A stretch of DNA of 63,895 nucleotides, counting the filler, from Perkinsus olseni (Eukaryota), in the NCBI GenBank assembly GCA_013115125.1. It is 7 parts of 7 records of this genome, joined end to end, with 100 filler letters (N's around TTAATTAATTAA, not from the genome) between each part and the next. Parts side by side here need not be neighbours in the genome. Positions count along the whole stretch, not along the records: positions 22,692 to 33,865 come from JABANN010000837.1; positions 33,966 to 45,090 come from JABANN010000838.1; 5 more parts are not named here. The stretch is one strand, 5' to 3'. The notes below the pieces were generated by a model. It was not told the origin of the DNA, did no database searches, and saw only the letters and a list, made by a program, of their open reading frames with translations. Below are positions 23,327 to 36,521 of this stretch, piece by piece; the stretch's first letter is position 1; each line of letters opens with the position of its first letter. The translations under genes were made by a program, and so were the position numbers.

Positions 23327-26300
23327 GCTGCTGCTGCCGTCGTCCATGATCTCATCGTCATCCCCGCCGAAGTCGGCCTCGATCTGCTTCAGCCGAGTGA
23401 ACGCGAACTTTTCTAACTCCCTCGCGCACCTGAACGACTGTTACTCATTATGCGCCGATCGTCTTGTGCATGCGTGCATAGCTTATTCCCATCGAGAGAG
23501 TAAGCTTAGAAAAGTAGAAGACTTTACACTCCTTCTCGCCTTGCATTGACTATGAGCAACAACGGAGAGGCAACAACGACACTAACACTCCCGCCCCTGA
23601 GGGACGCCTTACTTGACGTATATGTTGCCATCATCTCCGTTGTAAAACCGGCAGTTGTCGAAGATCCACATCATCTCTCGTCGGTACTCTCTAATACTCG
23701 TGATTTGATGACCCTGCAATTTCTTCTTGATAGTGGACAGATCGGACGCGTGTTTTATTATCTGATCGCATAAGGAAACTTCACGGCCTTCCGCGCAAGA
23801 AAGGATACCCAGAACGACCCCGTGGAGCACAGCTGGTCGCGAATTCCTTCCCATACTAGGACCAAGCAGGAATTCCCGCTGATGGCCAATCAGCGTCTTC
23901 AGTGATTCATACCCAATTTGCGAGACTGGAGGAGATTTCAGCCCTCTGGGGGTGGTTGGGGATTTACCGTGTGAGCTCGCGTGGCCAGCGAACATTCCGC
24001 GACGCCCAGTGGTGCTGGGCAGTACGTTGCCACGTAGTAGTGAGGCGACTTCTCACAATATCGTGTTCTCGACGTCAGAGGTCCTTTCAGTCTATTCGAT
24101 AAACTTTATATCACCGGAAGAATCTCCCCCACAGCGATGTGGCAGACTCTTCCGGTACACACTCAACCTTAACAATTCGACGTCGATTTACCTGCCCCCC
24201 AAAACACGACGAACGCTCACCATGTAGTAGTCCGGGGCGTCCTTCACGGCAACGGGCATTCTGAAGGGCCAGCTGGACTTATGCTGGAAGCAGGCATCCG
24301 TCAGAGACAGCAGTCGGCTCTGCAGGGACCTGAAGGGCGCCACTACAGCGTGGGTCGGAGAGATTGACCACCCACTCTGTCGAAGAGCTGCTAACGTCGC
24401 CGTCCGCACTGAGTGACTCTCCTGCGGACTTGACCGGGGTCGATTGATGAGCAACGAAATTTGAATGTCCGATCTGCATGAACAATCCGTGCAACAACTT
24501 GCGGTCTCGGGACCACTTGCAATTCCTCAACGGATGCCCAGCGGCCTACTTACCCCAGGAACTTGAGCCAAAGGGAGCGGATCTGGTATTCTGCCGGCCG
24601 ACTCGGACAGGGCGGGCATCTCCACAGGAGGCCTCTCCTCGCTGCAAAAAATTGACATCCTACAGCCGCGAGCCAACCTTGTCTCAACGGTCGAAGAACT
24701 CCGGTTCTGGAAACACCGTCCCCAGTTCGACAAACCCGCACCAATTTTGAAATCCACAAACGCGAAGGTTCCGAGTTCTTCTTCACGCCTAGTAACACCT
24801 ATCCGACTTCAGAACGCTGTCTATAATTCTAAACAATTCCCCCAACTAGTGTCACCGCGCCACGAAGTTCATTTCCAATCTACGGGATCCCCGCCCTTCT
24901 AAGCATTACAGTGCCTCTCGCCAGACCTTCCGTCTCGTATCCGACAGCATGTCCGCAACTCCAAGATAATTAACGTCAAGGGCCAGCTCGACCGACATCA
25001 TATGAGCCCCTTCATACGACTTTATCATCCTGACCCGCAAACCCATCGTCACGCGCCACAAAATTACCCGAGACTCACCCGGACCAGACGTATTTGGGTA
25101 TTTTAACATGCTTGGTGAAGCCCTAAAGGCAGGGCCATAATTAACGGGCGCGCGGTAATTTTCCCCTCACCATCTTACTTGCTTTGCGAAATACCCAACA
25201 GCCGCGTTGTCAGCATAGGTAATAAAGTGCGTTATCGGACGGAACTCCGGGCTGGCGGTCTCAATGTGGGGATTGCACTGTTTAATAAACTCCTTCAACC
25301 GATTCATCAGCCTCGTTCCGTATCCCTGAGTAAGTGCATTCGTCTGCCTGCGAGTCGGAAGCCGCGAGTTTTTTAATCGCAACCGTGAGTTCGGACGAGC
25401 CCGGACGCTGGTCTCTATGAAGGAGAGTCGACCAACTATTCGCAACCTTTCCCGGGGACGAGGCTCGGGCTTCAACAATCCCGTGCAGCAGTAACTTATA
25501 AAGAACGCACCACCGAGGCTGCCACTATGGGGACCGTACGGCGAGGGCCGTCCCGCGCATGTTACCGACTGTGTGATACACTATAAATGCGAGTGAGCAT
25601 CACTCCGGATCCTAGCGCTGCGAAAATAATAAGAAGGGTACTCTACAGAACTTCCCCAAGCAAGTACAACCATTCAAGCAGATCATGCTCATCGACCTGA
25701 TGCTTCGACCGTAGTTTGAATGCTCGAACTTCGCCGAGCAACTGAAGCTGAGGTAAAGCTCCAAGTTCATACTCGCATGATATACTACAAGTCAGGCTGA
25801 GTAAGCTACAAACGTCCCTTCTCAAAAACTATTTTCCCAACCACCACTGATCCCGCCAGCTCCACCAACACCCAGAGACGTACCTTAACTTGCTCATCAC
25901 TCGTTACGGCAAGGAAGGCTATCTCCAGCAGACCGTATTTGAAGTAGCAGCGAAAGCATACAGCTCCGATCAAGGACGCTCCCTTCCACATAGTGTACGT
26001 CGTGTGCCTCCGATCAAATACTAACTTAGCAATGTACCTCGACAAGAAGGCAACTTCCCGAGTCAGAGAAAATATCACAATCGGTGAGATAGGATCTTTC
26101 CCGGCCGTGAGTCACTCCAAAAACGCATAAGAGTCGCTAACGGTCGCGAACCCCGCTCAACCACAAAGACGCTGTTATTGATACAAACCAACCCACGCCG
26201 ATACATGTACAAATCTATCGGTGGGATATCACCGTGTTGGTCAGATATTGAAAGTGACAGGATCGATAGACAAGCACTCGGAGTTGTCCAGTGTGGGCTG

Positions 26301-27320
26301 TAGGTCACTGGACCTATCTCAAGTTGTGCTTGGGAAAACATTAAGAGATGGATTCGATAATGGCACTGCACGTTCGACTAGCGACATACTCAGGGCTCTC
26401 ATAGCGCGAGCAATTCACCGGAATTCTTCTAGGCCAGCTGATACCACACTTTCACCAAATCAGTTGATAGAATAACAATATCCAACCAGTTCCATATGAT
26501 TCAATATCATCACCCCTTGGCAGGAGGTGATGATATTGAATCGGGCGGGGCGGCGGGGGGGCACCCTGCCCGACCACCGTTCCCAACCCAGTACTACTCT
26601 TTCGGCATCTTCGGCAGCTGCCGTGCAAACAGGTTCTTGCAGGCCACCAACTTCTTCAACCGCTCAATCCGCTCCTCGCTGGGATTAACGACGGGCACAT
26701 CGTTGGTGATACACTCGAACGTGATATCGCCAGAATCCTCCTCAGCCGCCACCGCTGAAACGAACCACAACGCACTTCCTCGCTTCCGATTCTCCAACCT
26801 AACACCGCCAACAGAGACAACCGGCATTTCCTGGGCGCTTCCCAAGCGAGAGCGCTGATGACGAGGGATGAAGCTCTGAGGTAGTCGACACCTTGCGCAC
26901 ACCATTCCGGCTACCTCCCTTCGCACCATCACAGCTACTACCACTATTGCGGGCCGCGAAACCAGTAGAATCCTTCCCCTCAGATTCTCTCTCCTTCTTG
27001 CGACTGCCAGAGCGACGAAACAAGTGCAACCAGCAGGGCTTGGTACTGCCAATGACCCACTTCGACCTCTCCACTGCGCGACCTTTACGCTTGAATAAAA
27101 AATCTTGCCCTTCGTCAACGCTACCATCATCCTCCTGAACAACCCTCGGCGTCCACTATGAGCACCGCCCCACCCAGAGTACTACAGACAGCTGCAGCAG
27201 GGCGTCAAGCTCCTGCGACTCCTCCGTAGACGATATAATCGACACCGCTTCGCCGCCGCCGTTCCTCGTTTGGTCCCGATCCGCCAGGAGTGCTTCGGCT
27301 GCTGCTCGCCGGGGACCCAT
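23195..27320 (-). CDS. GCN5: GCN5-family histone acetyltransferase with C-terminal bromodomain, multi-exon (ends approximate)
   Basis: [63 protein letters not shown]; bromodomain [13 protein letters not shown] and IFDNCRFYN. Confidence 0.9.
23277..23336 (+). repeat. Microsatellite (TTG)17(CTG)3
   Basis: Directly visible; reads as Ser3-Asn16 in the GCN5 frame on the minus strand. Confidence 0.95.
23459..23577 (+). repeat. Dispersed repeat A, copy 2, inside GCN5 intron 23430-23612
   Basis: Aligns with the reverse complement of 332-455. Confidence 0.85.
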
Positions 27321-27710
27321 TGGAGCGTGCTCAGACAAGTGAACTCGAATTGAATGGTCTTGCGCTGTTCATAGCCCCTATTTGCCAGTTTGATACCTAA
27401 CGCACTTAACTCTTCTTGAGAAATCTTGCAATTCCTCGACCAGTGAGAAACACCCTCCAATACCAAAATTAATAAACACATCAACGCAAGGTGTCCAAGG
27501 TAAATAAAACTGGCTATTAAGAAGACGCAGTTGACTATCACCAACCTGCTAGGCGGTGACTATGCGTCGGCCACTATTACATTAATAATTCCCTCGATAA
27601 AAAGTTGAATCATCCCCACCTGTGGATTTATATTTCAATTTGAGTTAAGATACAGGGTACATCAACTGCATTCCACCGCGCTGTCGGCGATCCCCGAGGA
27701 GGATTTATCT

Positions 27711-29179
27711 CTACTCCTTCGGGGGCTTGAGGGACGACATGATCTCCTGTGCGATCTCACCAACAGCACCGGGATTGTGAGGAATGAATATAGTCTGGGA
27801 CTTGGACGTCGAGGCAAGATCCTGATGAATACCCGAATTATGCTCTTCCTCGTTACTCTGGTCGGATCGTAACAGTCGAACGGACGATTCTTCTTGACAA
27901 TGTTCAAACGTAGCAAACTTCACTTAGCGGTTCCGAAATACCGCAGATTTCGCGATGAGTGTGGCGGTAGATCGGATACGAGGCCTCGGTTCCGGTTTTC
28001 GATTTCTAGCCACTACTAGACCTCCGGGTAATGAATTGCTCAGCCCAGTTAGTCCAGAGCCGCGGACCGTGGTCCGATAAGCCCATCACGCGCCAAGACA
28101 CTCCCCACAGCCCAACCCGCATCTTCTCACCTTGACTGTGTCGAAGTGCTGCGTTATTAATAGCAGCTCCATAACATCCTTCGAAGATATCCCTTGGGTC
28201 GACTCGGTAAAGCTCTCGACGCTCGTCTTCAACCCCTCAATAATGGCCTAAAAACGGCACTAACGGCGGAGCGAAGCAAAACGGCGTTCTGAAGAATACC
28301 TGTCTCTGTCTGGCGATACCCTGACCAGCCAAAAACTTGGACTCAGCCTCGGCCTCAGCGTTCTTCACCAACATGATCTTCTCCGCCTCCGCCTTCTCTT
28401 GAGCCGCAATACGCATGCGTCGACCTAGGATACGGTCATACGAACGAGTTACACAACCCGCAAGCCACGGACGATAACCATTGGTCATAACGAATGCGCG
28501 CAGCCACGATTAATGAGACCATTCTCATCTGCATGAAAGCCCAGAAGTCAAGCCATGGCTGACAACCACTTACTCGCGTTCTGCTCGTTCATCGCGTCCT
28601 TAACGGTATAGTCGGGCTCGATGTCAACGACCAATGCGTCCAGGATTCGGAAACCAAATTCCGTCATAGCGTCTATCAGTTGATTCTTTATCTGCTCATT
28701 GAGGCAACAGTGATGACGACGTCCGAAGAGCGGCCACAACGCAGCTCACATCAACAGCAATTTTCTGTTTCTCCTCAAAAACTTCATCCAACGCCATCGT
28801 GGGGGCTGACGACCGTACCACGTCGTAAACATAAGAGTTTATTTGACCCGCCGGAGAGGTCAGACGATAGAAGGCGTCATAAGCCTGATCAACGGTAAGA
28901 GAAAATCCGCTCCAACGCCTCACTTCTCTCGGAGTGGGTCATCACCTTATCCGGGATGGCTTCGTACTGTACCGAGACTTCCATGATAATGAAGACGTTA
29001 TCGGAGGTTTTGGTCTCGACTCGGACGTTGAGCTGCCTCACGTTCAGAGGCACCATGCCGGTTACATCAGTCACGCAGGGTATTAGGCAGACGCAGCCTG
29101 GGTGCTCAGTACGGTCGAACTTTCCGAACCTCTCAACGACGCCAATGTGAGCTTCGGGAACGATGGCACAACAGCCCAT
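27711..29179 (-). CDS. SPFH/band-7 protein, HIR-like, multi-exon
   Basis: MGCC N-terminus, [76 protein letters not shown]. Confidence 0.9.
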
Positions 29180-29364
29180 TTATGACGACAAGCCGAGAGA
29201 ATCTTTTACTCTGTGGAATCCTAGGTCGACCTCCCCATCGCAACCACCCCCTCTTTCGCGAAGAGACGCATTGATCACCCAACAACAGAAATGTTCAGAA
29301 GCAAGCAACAGTCCCGTTTCGAGCATCACCCGGAATCTCTAAGCTTCTAGATGGCGCTGGCCAT

Positions 29365-29814
29365 TTAGGCGTGGATCTTCCTGGTGTAGATGAGAGCACG
29401 GGAATGAGGAACGCCAACCCTCTCGATCTGACCGGTGGTCTCGAGGTAACGGATGGCCTGGCGAGCCAAAGAACCGTTGACCTAAAACAAAAACAACAAC
29501 AATCACCCACCCATCCACCGCATCGGACCATCCCTTTTACCTTGATACGCTCGGACACAATGGCAGGGGTGATGAGCTTGGCCTTGGGGATTTCCTTCTG
29601 GAGCTTGCCGACGGTGGCCTTGTCCCAGCAGACAGCGTTGTTAAGCTTCTCCTGGACCTACAGAGGAACAACAGCGAACTTAGAGATAACGAGCCAGGAT
29701 TAACGGAAAAGTTGGTATTACCTTTCCCTTGGACCACTTCTTCTTCTTACCCTTGCCACCGGCCATAGCGGCCTTGGCCTTCGCCTCCTTTGACTTTTGA
29801 ATCTTAGGTCCCAT
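29365..29814 (-). CDS. RPS25: 40S ribosomal protein S25 (eS25), 3 exons
   Basis: [75 protein letters not shown]. Confidence 0.95.
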
Positions 29815-30442
29815 GCCGAAACAGACCTGCTCGCGTTGGACTGAGTTTAAGGGTGCAGCGCCCGCCGCCAAATTAGCTGTAGTCAAATCGATCACTTGGG
29901 CGTGCGGTATTTACACCAAACCACTTCGGCACAGGATTTATAGCGGAGCGATGCGGCCTCCCAGGCCTTAGAAGCACGGTGTAATGAACTTCCTCACGGC
30001 AGTGTGAGACGGATGTCAAGGGCGATACTCTCAATTAGCAGCAGCGAGTTGATGTCGATACGCGTGGGGCGCCGAAAATGCAACTTACGACGAAAATGAG
30101 GCCACTGCGCCACGTTGCTGCATCTGTTGCTTAGTCGATTCTAGGCAGCACTTAGTGCTTCCTCACTGCTTCAGTCGCTCGACCATCGTTCTCACTACGA
30201 GGCATAGTGTCCTCACTGTGGCATGTTACACTCTCTTCGTTACACAATTCATTAATATCATCATTATATGATAGTGCGACTACCGTTCTCGCCCGACGTG
30301 GCACAGTGGCCTCACTCGCATGCTCCATGTTCTTCGTTACAGACTTTAAAAACTCAAAATTGCCAGCGGCGTAGAAACACAGCTAGAGGTGTCAGATAAT
30401 AAATTCATCGTCATTACCATCGCCACCACCGCCAGCCGCCTC

Positions 30443-31510
30443 TTAACTCTGCAGTTCTTCGACTCGCTTCCGTCTGAGGACCACGCAACTGACGGGACGG
30501 GCCAGCGCTCGGGGCCCACCTATCCCGCTCCATCTCGATCTTCTTCAACTCTCTCAGACGTTCTTCTCTCTACAAACAGCCAAATCAAGTATGGGTGATT
30601 ATTTCACAGCGGATTCATTTACCCGAGTAGCCGCCTCCGCCGCCAGACGTTGCTGTTCCTCTTTCGCCCGACGACTGAAAGAAAGCCTCTTCCAACGGCC
30701 CCCCCATCCCTCCTTTACGCGTTGTCTTCCATTATTCGTTCGAGCTCCTCACTACTGCGCAGTTGATCATCCAACTCGGACTTGAACTCGGCTATGAGTC
30801 GTCTCTTCTCGGCCATCACTTCCAGAATCTGACACCCCGGATGATAGAACTAAGCAAAGAACTATGATACGGTGATAATAAGTCAACCAAAAACGGCAAG
30901 TGAACTAAGCAACCCTCGATGAACTTGGCGATGTATCGACCTCGCCAGACAACGCTGACCTCATCCCCGCAAACCCGACAGCTTCCTCTGTGAATCAGTG
31001 TGATCGCTATCTGATGGCTTTCCGGTGGCTTTATAAAACACCTCTCAATGTGCGAGTATTTCCCCGGAAATTTTCCAAATAGGATAATCCCACTGAGACT
31101 ACGGCCCGATCGAGCGCTCTGTCCTTTTCCTTTTTTCGCGCCTCCGCCAGCCTCTCATGGAATCTTCCACTCGCCACGAAATCGTCCAATCGCTTGCGCA
31201 CTTCCTCTTCTAACCTGATAGTAGAGAAGGGATCTCTCAAGCGTGCAGGTCTCAAGTCCACCTCTTCTCCTCTTCGAGCTCAAGGTTCTTTTCTTCGGCT
31301 ATCGGTAGCGCCGAGATCGGCCCTGCAAGAATATCTGGGCATTCACTCAGCATTAATTCAAGACACAGAGAAGCTCAGAGAAGCCCCTCCTGGGTTCGAA
31401 CCCACGACCTTCCGATTCGTCGTCTCTCACCTATTCCCTGGCCACGAGGTTTTCTGCGTTGTTCTTCACTGGGTCGATCCTCTTCCTCTGACTTCTTGCG
31501 TGCTCGCTCT
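30443..31510 (-). CDS. Arg/Glu-rich coiled-coil protein, ARGLU1-like, multi-exon (5' end not located)
   Basis: Exons RLEEEVRKRLDDF, EELERIMEDN, AKEEQQRLAAEAA, REERLRELKKIEMER, RKRVEELQS*. Confidence 0.5.
31383..31451 (-). pseudogene. Degenerate tRNA-Arg(ACG)-like sequence
   Basis: Minus strand AACCTCG-TGGCC-AGGGAAT-AGGT-G-AGAGA-CG-ACG-AA-TCGGA-AGGTC-GTGGG-TTCGAA-CCCAG-GAGGGGC: A-box-like, B-box/T-arm and cloverleaf spacing present; anticodon stem mispaired. Confidence 0.5.
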
Positions 31511-32167
31511 CTAACAACGAGTCCGCCATGCCCGGCACATGTCCGAGACGATCAAGAGAAAGGTTATCCGAGAACCCCGGTCACATAGGAAGTATCGGAT
31601 CCGGACTCCGGACGGGCTACACCTCTTCGTTATCAAAGCGCGCAGTCGGTCGAACGGGATCTCTACGGAAAGCCTACCGTCAAACCATATAATAATCTCT
31701 GTGTAAAGGAGCCCAACTGAGCCGTTACCGCAGTTAGACTATGAATTAACACACAACTGAAGCGGTGCTCGTGCTAAGTCAGGGAGCGCCAGAAGCATCA
31801 CGGAGGCTCTCTACGTTCTACCGACTGACTACCTCCGTCGCTCATCATCATCCGCAGGCCTCCGATGACCAGATCCATCCCATTCTCGATAACCATACCC
31901 AAAAGACCCTTCCTCAGAGTCCCGACTATCCCGCCGTCTATGACGATGCTCCCGAGACCGACTCCGATGGCGGCGTCTGGATTCCGATCCACCCCTAACA
32001 ACAAGACCATGCACTGGGGCAGCAGAGCACGGCTCTCTGCTCTACGATCGCTGCTCTCCTCGGCTCCTGCGCGCCCTAGTACCTCGACCGATGCCCTGCG
32101 TCCTCTCTTTCCCGGCCGCTACGTAAGGACCTGTCATCCGGACACTGATCACTATCCTCTTTTTTGG

Positions 32168-32281
32168 GTGGAAACGGAATTATACGAGTCCGACGCGGTA
32201 GATTATACGAGTCACAAGTGAACCGTTTCTAAACCTTAACCAGGCAAACAGCGGCCGCAAGCACCGGCCAATCAATTATGG
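32168..32281 (+). repeat. Dispersed repeat B, copy 1 (114 bp)
   Basis: Ungapped similarity to 35411-35524 (GTGGAAAC..TCCGAC.CGGTAG.TTATACGAGTCACA.GTGAA..CAAACAGCG..GCAAGCAC..CAATT.TGG). Confidence 0.8.
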
Positions 32282-33865
32282 CTAGTAAGGGCATGCTGGC
32301 CTACACCGGGCGCTGTTCACGACCTTTGGTGGCTCTTCATCTTATACAACACTGGCAGAGCGTCCGACGGTATACGTCCTCACCTTCGGTCCGGGGAGCT
32401 CCTATGCCTCCGGAATGATTCCGAGCGGTAATGATGATCCATCGGAACCACACTGAATTACCTTAAAAACATCATTTGCAATCAACGTCCTTCTTTCTAT
32501 CACCAGCAGGGGAAATTGACCAGCCGAATTTGCCGCTAGGGGCAAGAGGGTCTGTTGAGAATTACATCCTAGCAGCGAACGAGCTGGCAGAGGTGGATGC
32601 CTCGAACCTCATGTTTCATCCGAACACAGCGCAAAAATTTTGTGGCACAAAACTTCGCAACTCAACAGTTGCTCAGGAATGGGAGAACAAACTCAAACAC
32701 GACCCCAGTAGCCTAGAAAGGTCAGTACGAGGGCAGCCGCAGCAATGCCAGTCAACTCCGAGAGAACCAGGGCCCTACCCAGGGGCCCTGCCGATTGGGC
32801 TTCCAACGATCGAGGAAAATTCGCATGCCGCAAATATACGGGCGATTGATGGGGAGTAGTTCACGAATCAGGCCACTTGAAAAATATTTTTTCGGCAATG
32901 CCGAACTGTGAACACTGTCGTCACGGCCCATGACTCATGGGGGGGGTGGGGGGTGCCTCCGCGTCTTTGGTGTGATGGACGAGCGCTCGACTTATAACCC
33001 GTTGTAGGTCTCCCACCGACGTTCAATCCAGGCACACGTCATAGTGTGGTAAAGGACACTTCTCAACGGTTTTACGCCAAACTCCCCTCTGGAAAGGGTG
33101 ACGCAAATGAATCGTTCGAATTTCAAACTTTGGAACAACTGGATTTATCAAGCTGAGGTCCTCAACTTGAACCTCAAGTCTTGAGGATGGTATTGGCGTA
33201 GTTCCGTCGTCGCAGTTGGTATCTCTGCTTCTGTGACAGCACTTACTGTCCCTCGACGGACGTATCACGCTCGGTAGTACGGACTCGGTACGACGACAAT
33301 GTGAGTCATTCATACTTGATACGTCTGGGTCTTAAACGACTTGCAAAATACTGCGCCGAGAACTGCACAGCACGGGAAGGTTGACTGCACCCCTGATGAA
33401 TGCAACTTGACAATCTGTCTGATTGCACTGCATGTTAACGCTAGACTAGCGTCGCTAGTGAAAGTCTCCAACTGAGCAAATTAGCAAGAGTGTAAGTAAA
33501 CAGAAACCGTAAGCGTTGGACAATATACTCTCACACACGGGGAGTCCAAAAGTCGATGACCAAGCGTGCAAGGAGTCTGAAAAAGAGGCCAAGGTGGAGG
33601 GAATATGCTTGCCGAAGGCAAGCATTTTCCGCGCCGGGTCAATTTTTTTCTTCGTCAGGTCAATTTTTTCCTTCGCCTGCGCAACTTTCTTCTCGCGCGC
33701 CTCCCTTGCTACTCTTGCTCCTTTTTCTCCTATCTGACCCTTTCTTGATACTGCGCTCCAGCTCTGTTGCTGCCACAGGGTGCCCTGATGTTCTAAATAT
33801 CCGTGATTCGGCGAAACCACTATTAACCCACCTCGATATTCGTGACCGTTACGAGGGTACTAATA

Positions 33866-33965
33866 NNNNNNNNNNNNNNNNNNNNNNNNNNNNNNNNNNN
33901 NNNNNNNNNTTAATTAATTAANNNNNNNNNNNNNNNNNNNNNNNNNNNNNNNNNNNNNNNNNNNN
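33866..33965. other. Artificial contig linker
   Basis: N-run with TTAATTAATTAA. Confidence 0.98.
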
Positions 33966-35410
33966 TGGGCGAGCGCGTCACGGACCAATGTTTGCACCAC
34001 TCTACACTACACAAGTTTCGTGTAGGGTATCAGACAAGATGGTGGACCAAACGAGCACATCCTTGTCGGTCAAAGAAACTTGAGGCGGAATGAACAATGA
34101 ATCAAACACCTCGACACAGAACAATCCCTCCGGGTATGTCGCGGGTATCACCCTGGACGAAGCGCCCATGGACGAATTTGCACTACAGCGTATTTGCTCG
34201 CGGAAACTAATTTCATCCTTACAGTTGCATTAAATTACACTTGCCACCGCAACGTGCGGCTTGGAATCCAAGGCACAATCGGAACTTTGGATTAGCGGTG
34301 ACGGAGCCGGATTTAGAATCATGACGGCGCGGGTTCAACTCTGACAGATTCATTCTGTGTCGGACAGATTCGAATACACTGGTTCCGGTCACCGGTTCCC
34401 CACCTGTGGGAATCAGTTCCCAAACTCGATTTACCAACTGCCACCGACGGTGCGCTGGGTTATGCCTGAGTCGTGATAGTGAATCACTATCGGTGATTCG
34501 TGTGTGTGCAAGTCAAACGCCGTCGCCGGCATAGTTAGACTTGACGCCGGTGTACTAGCACCTTGACGATGAGCTTTGTGGTGCGTTATTCAGTCAGCCC
34601 GAGCGCTGCCACAACGAGCACAAGGAGCCGACCAGACCATCTCATTCCCTCACGAACGGACCCACTCTCCACCGCGGGGCGGTGCCCAACTACCGAAACA
34701 CTCGTACTGCCGCGGTGATTCATTGATTCTCAAAGTTACTCAGATTCGGGAAAATCAGTCGCAAAATCAGTGGAGCAAGCAATGTATTCTGAGTCAAATT
34801 TCAATCATCGGGATATCGTCACAAAAAAACTGACTTTTGGATCGCCCGCGGGATTTAAACCTGTCACCTTTATCTCGATATTTACCTCTTCAGTTAAAAG
34901 CCAATGGATGAAGACTTCATCATTGTGATTATTTCACATAATTCAGAAGTTTTGAATCAAAACTCACCCTTTGAATCAGTTTACGCATACCGCCTCTCGG
35001 CGCCACAGATAGCACGGCAAAGATCCTCCATAGAAAGGTCCATCGGTGCTAGTCTGATTCAGCCGTACTGTCAGCGTTGGACTTCAAACTCACAAACACG
35101 GCAAAGATATCCCGGCCGAGCTCGCCCGCCCAGCCGGACGGCTTCGCATGAACGCCTTCAGCTTGGGCTACAACTCGGTGCCGCATGAGTACTTCAAAGA
35201 CACTCGTGGCTTAAGAGTGGCATTGATGAGCTCATGCTGCGCTGTAATTAACGGTCGATAGTGTCTTTGGCCCGTGTTCGCGAACTCGCTCACACCCAGC
35301 GCTACTGACGCTCTGATCTGTCTCAGCCGCTATTGCTAAAGATAATTCAACTCTAATTAGTACTCGAGAATCAGGTGTGAATTGCATGAAGATTTACGCT
35401 TATTGTTTCA

Positions 35411-35524
35411 GTGGAAACTGGATTAAACACATCCGACACGGTAGTTTATACGAGTCACACGTGAAACGTTTACCGACCTCAACCAAACAAACAGCGCCTG
35501 CAAGCACAGGCTGAGCAATTGTGG
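35411..35524 (+). repeat. Dispersed repeat B, copy 2 (114 bp)
   Basis: Ungapped similarity to 32168-32281, which is on a different contig. Confidence 0.8.
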
Positions 35525-35600
35525 GTCACGCACAGTGGGTGTATTGGTCCATGATTATTGAAGCAGTACTGCGAGTACCCGGTCAACCACTATGGTCATG

Positions 35601-35625
35601 ACTCGACTCGACTCGACTCGACTCG
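35601..35625 (+). repeat. Pentanucleotide microsatellite (ACTCG)5
   Basis: Directly visible. Confidence 0.9.
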
Positions 35626-36521
35626 AAACTTATTGCCAGGCTTTACGGGCAGGAGCCCATAGCCCTATACACGCCCCGCGCGAGCAGCGCCCGAGAAGGC
35701 ATAACCAGCAGCACAGAGCCTCATAGAATATGGCAATTGTGGGGTCAGCTTTACAATGACTGCTGATGGATGGCTTGGTGACTAAGCAGCGATGCGGCAG
35801 CAGGCTGAGGATCGGCACGGCCCTCGACTCGAAGGAGTGGGCTGCGCCCACTGGGCATTACGGGAAGAAAAAGAAGTGAGAAGAAGGTTAACACACAAGT
35901 TGCCATGGAAACACATTTAAGAGATAGTATGAGGATGTGCAATGATATGGTCGTGCCAATACCGGTCACCAACAAGGGGGACGTGCATGTATGGCAGGTT
36001 CGGTCTATACTTTGTACCGGAGAACCCGGGGTCATGACTCATGTGGTCGACTTTTCTGTTTCGGGCGTGCGCTAAAAATGTTGAGCTAGTCTGTTCCGCG
36101 CTAGCCCCAAGTTGGTCCTGCGTGCAAAGGTCAGGGGATCTTGCCCGGTGACATTTTGTATTACTATTCAAGGCGCATAGGGCGTCCTGCTCCGGAGGTA
36201 CCAGAGTTTAGTAGGGTCAATCGTCTCTACATAACATCAGAGTACATCGGGGCTTGGAATTTGCTGTTTTCTGTTGCTTGGGGAGGGGTTGATTACAACT
36301 GCCAGAAGATCCAGCTGCTCTCTCGGAGAGTGTCTCCTGTTGAGGTATACGCCAATCGCTTACAATCGTCAGGTATAGTGATTTCTGTCTGGGTCGCGCG
36401 TCGTTCTCTTCGTTGGACTAAAGAATTTTGTGACGTTGATCACTTCGGATTGGATTGGTCAATACGGTACCGCCGCTCGGCAACCGCACTGCTCTTCTTG
36501 TCAGTGTTCTGTCATCTACCG

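Noticed and set aside
23277-23549. Poly-Leu ORF resembling a signal peptide
   Set aside because: It is the antisense reading of the microsatellite within GCN5.
32476-33865. Short ORFs as a transposon or gag fragment
   Set aside because: No recognisable domain motifs, and the frames are interrupted.
36141-36521. 5' extension of the PNO ORF shown in the ORF track
   Set aside because: It starts at TTG and has no recognisable protein features; the first ATG is at 36522.
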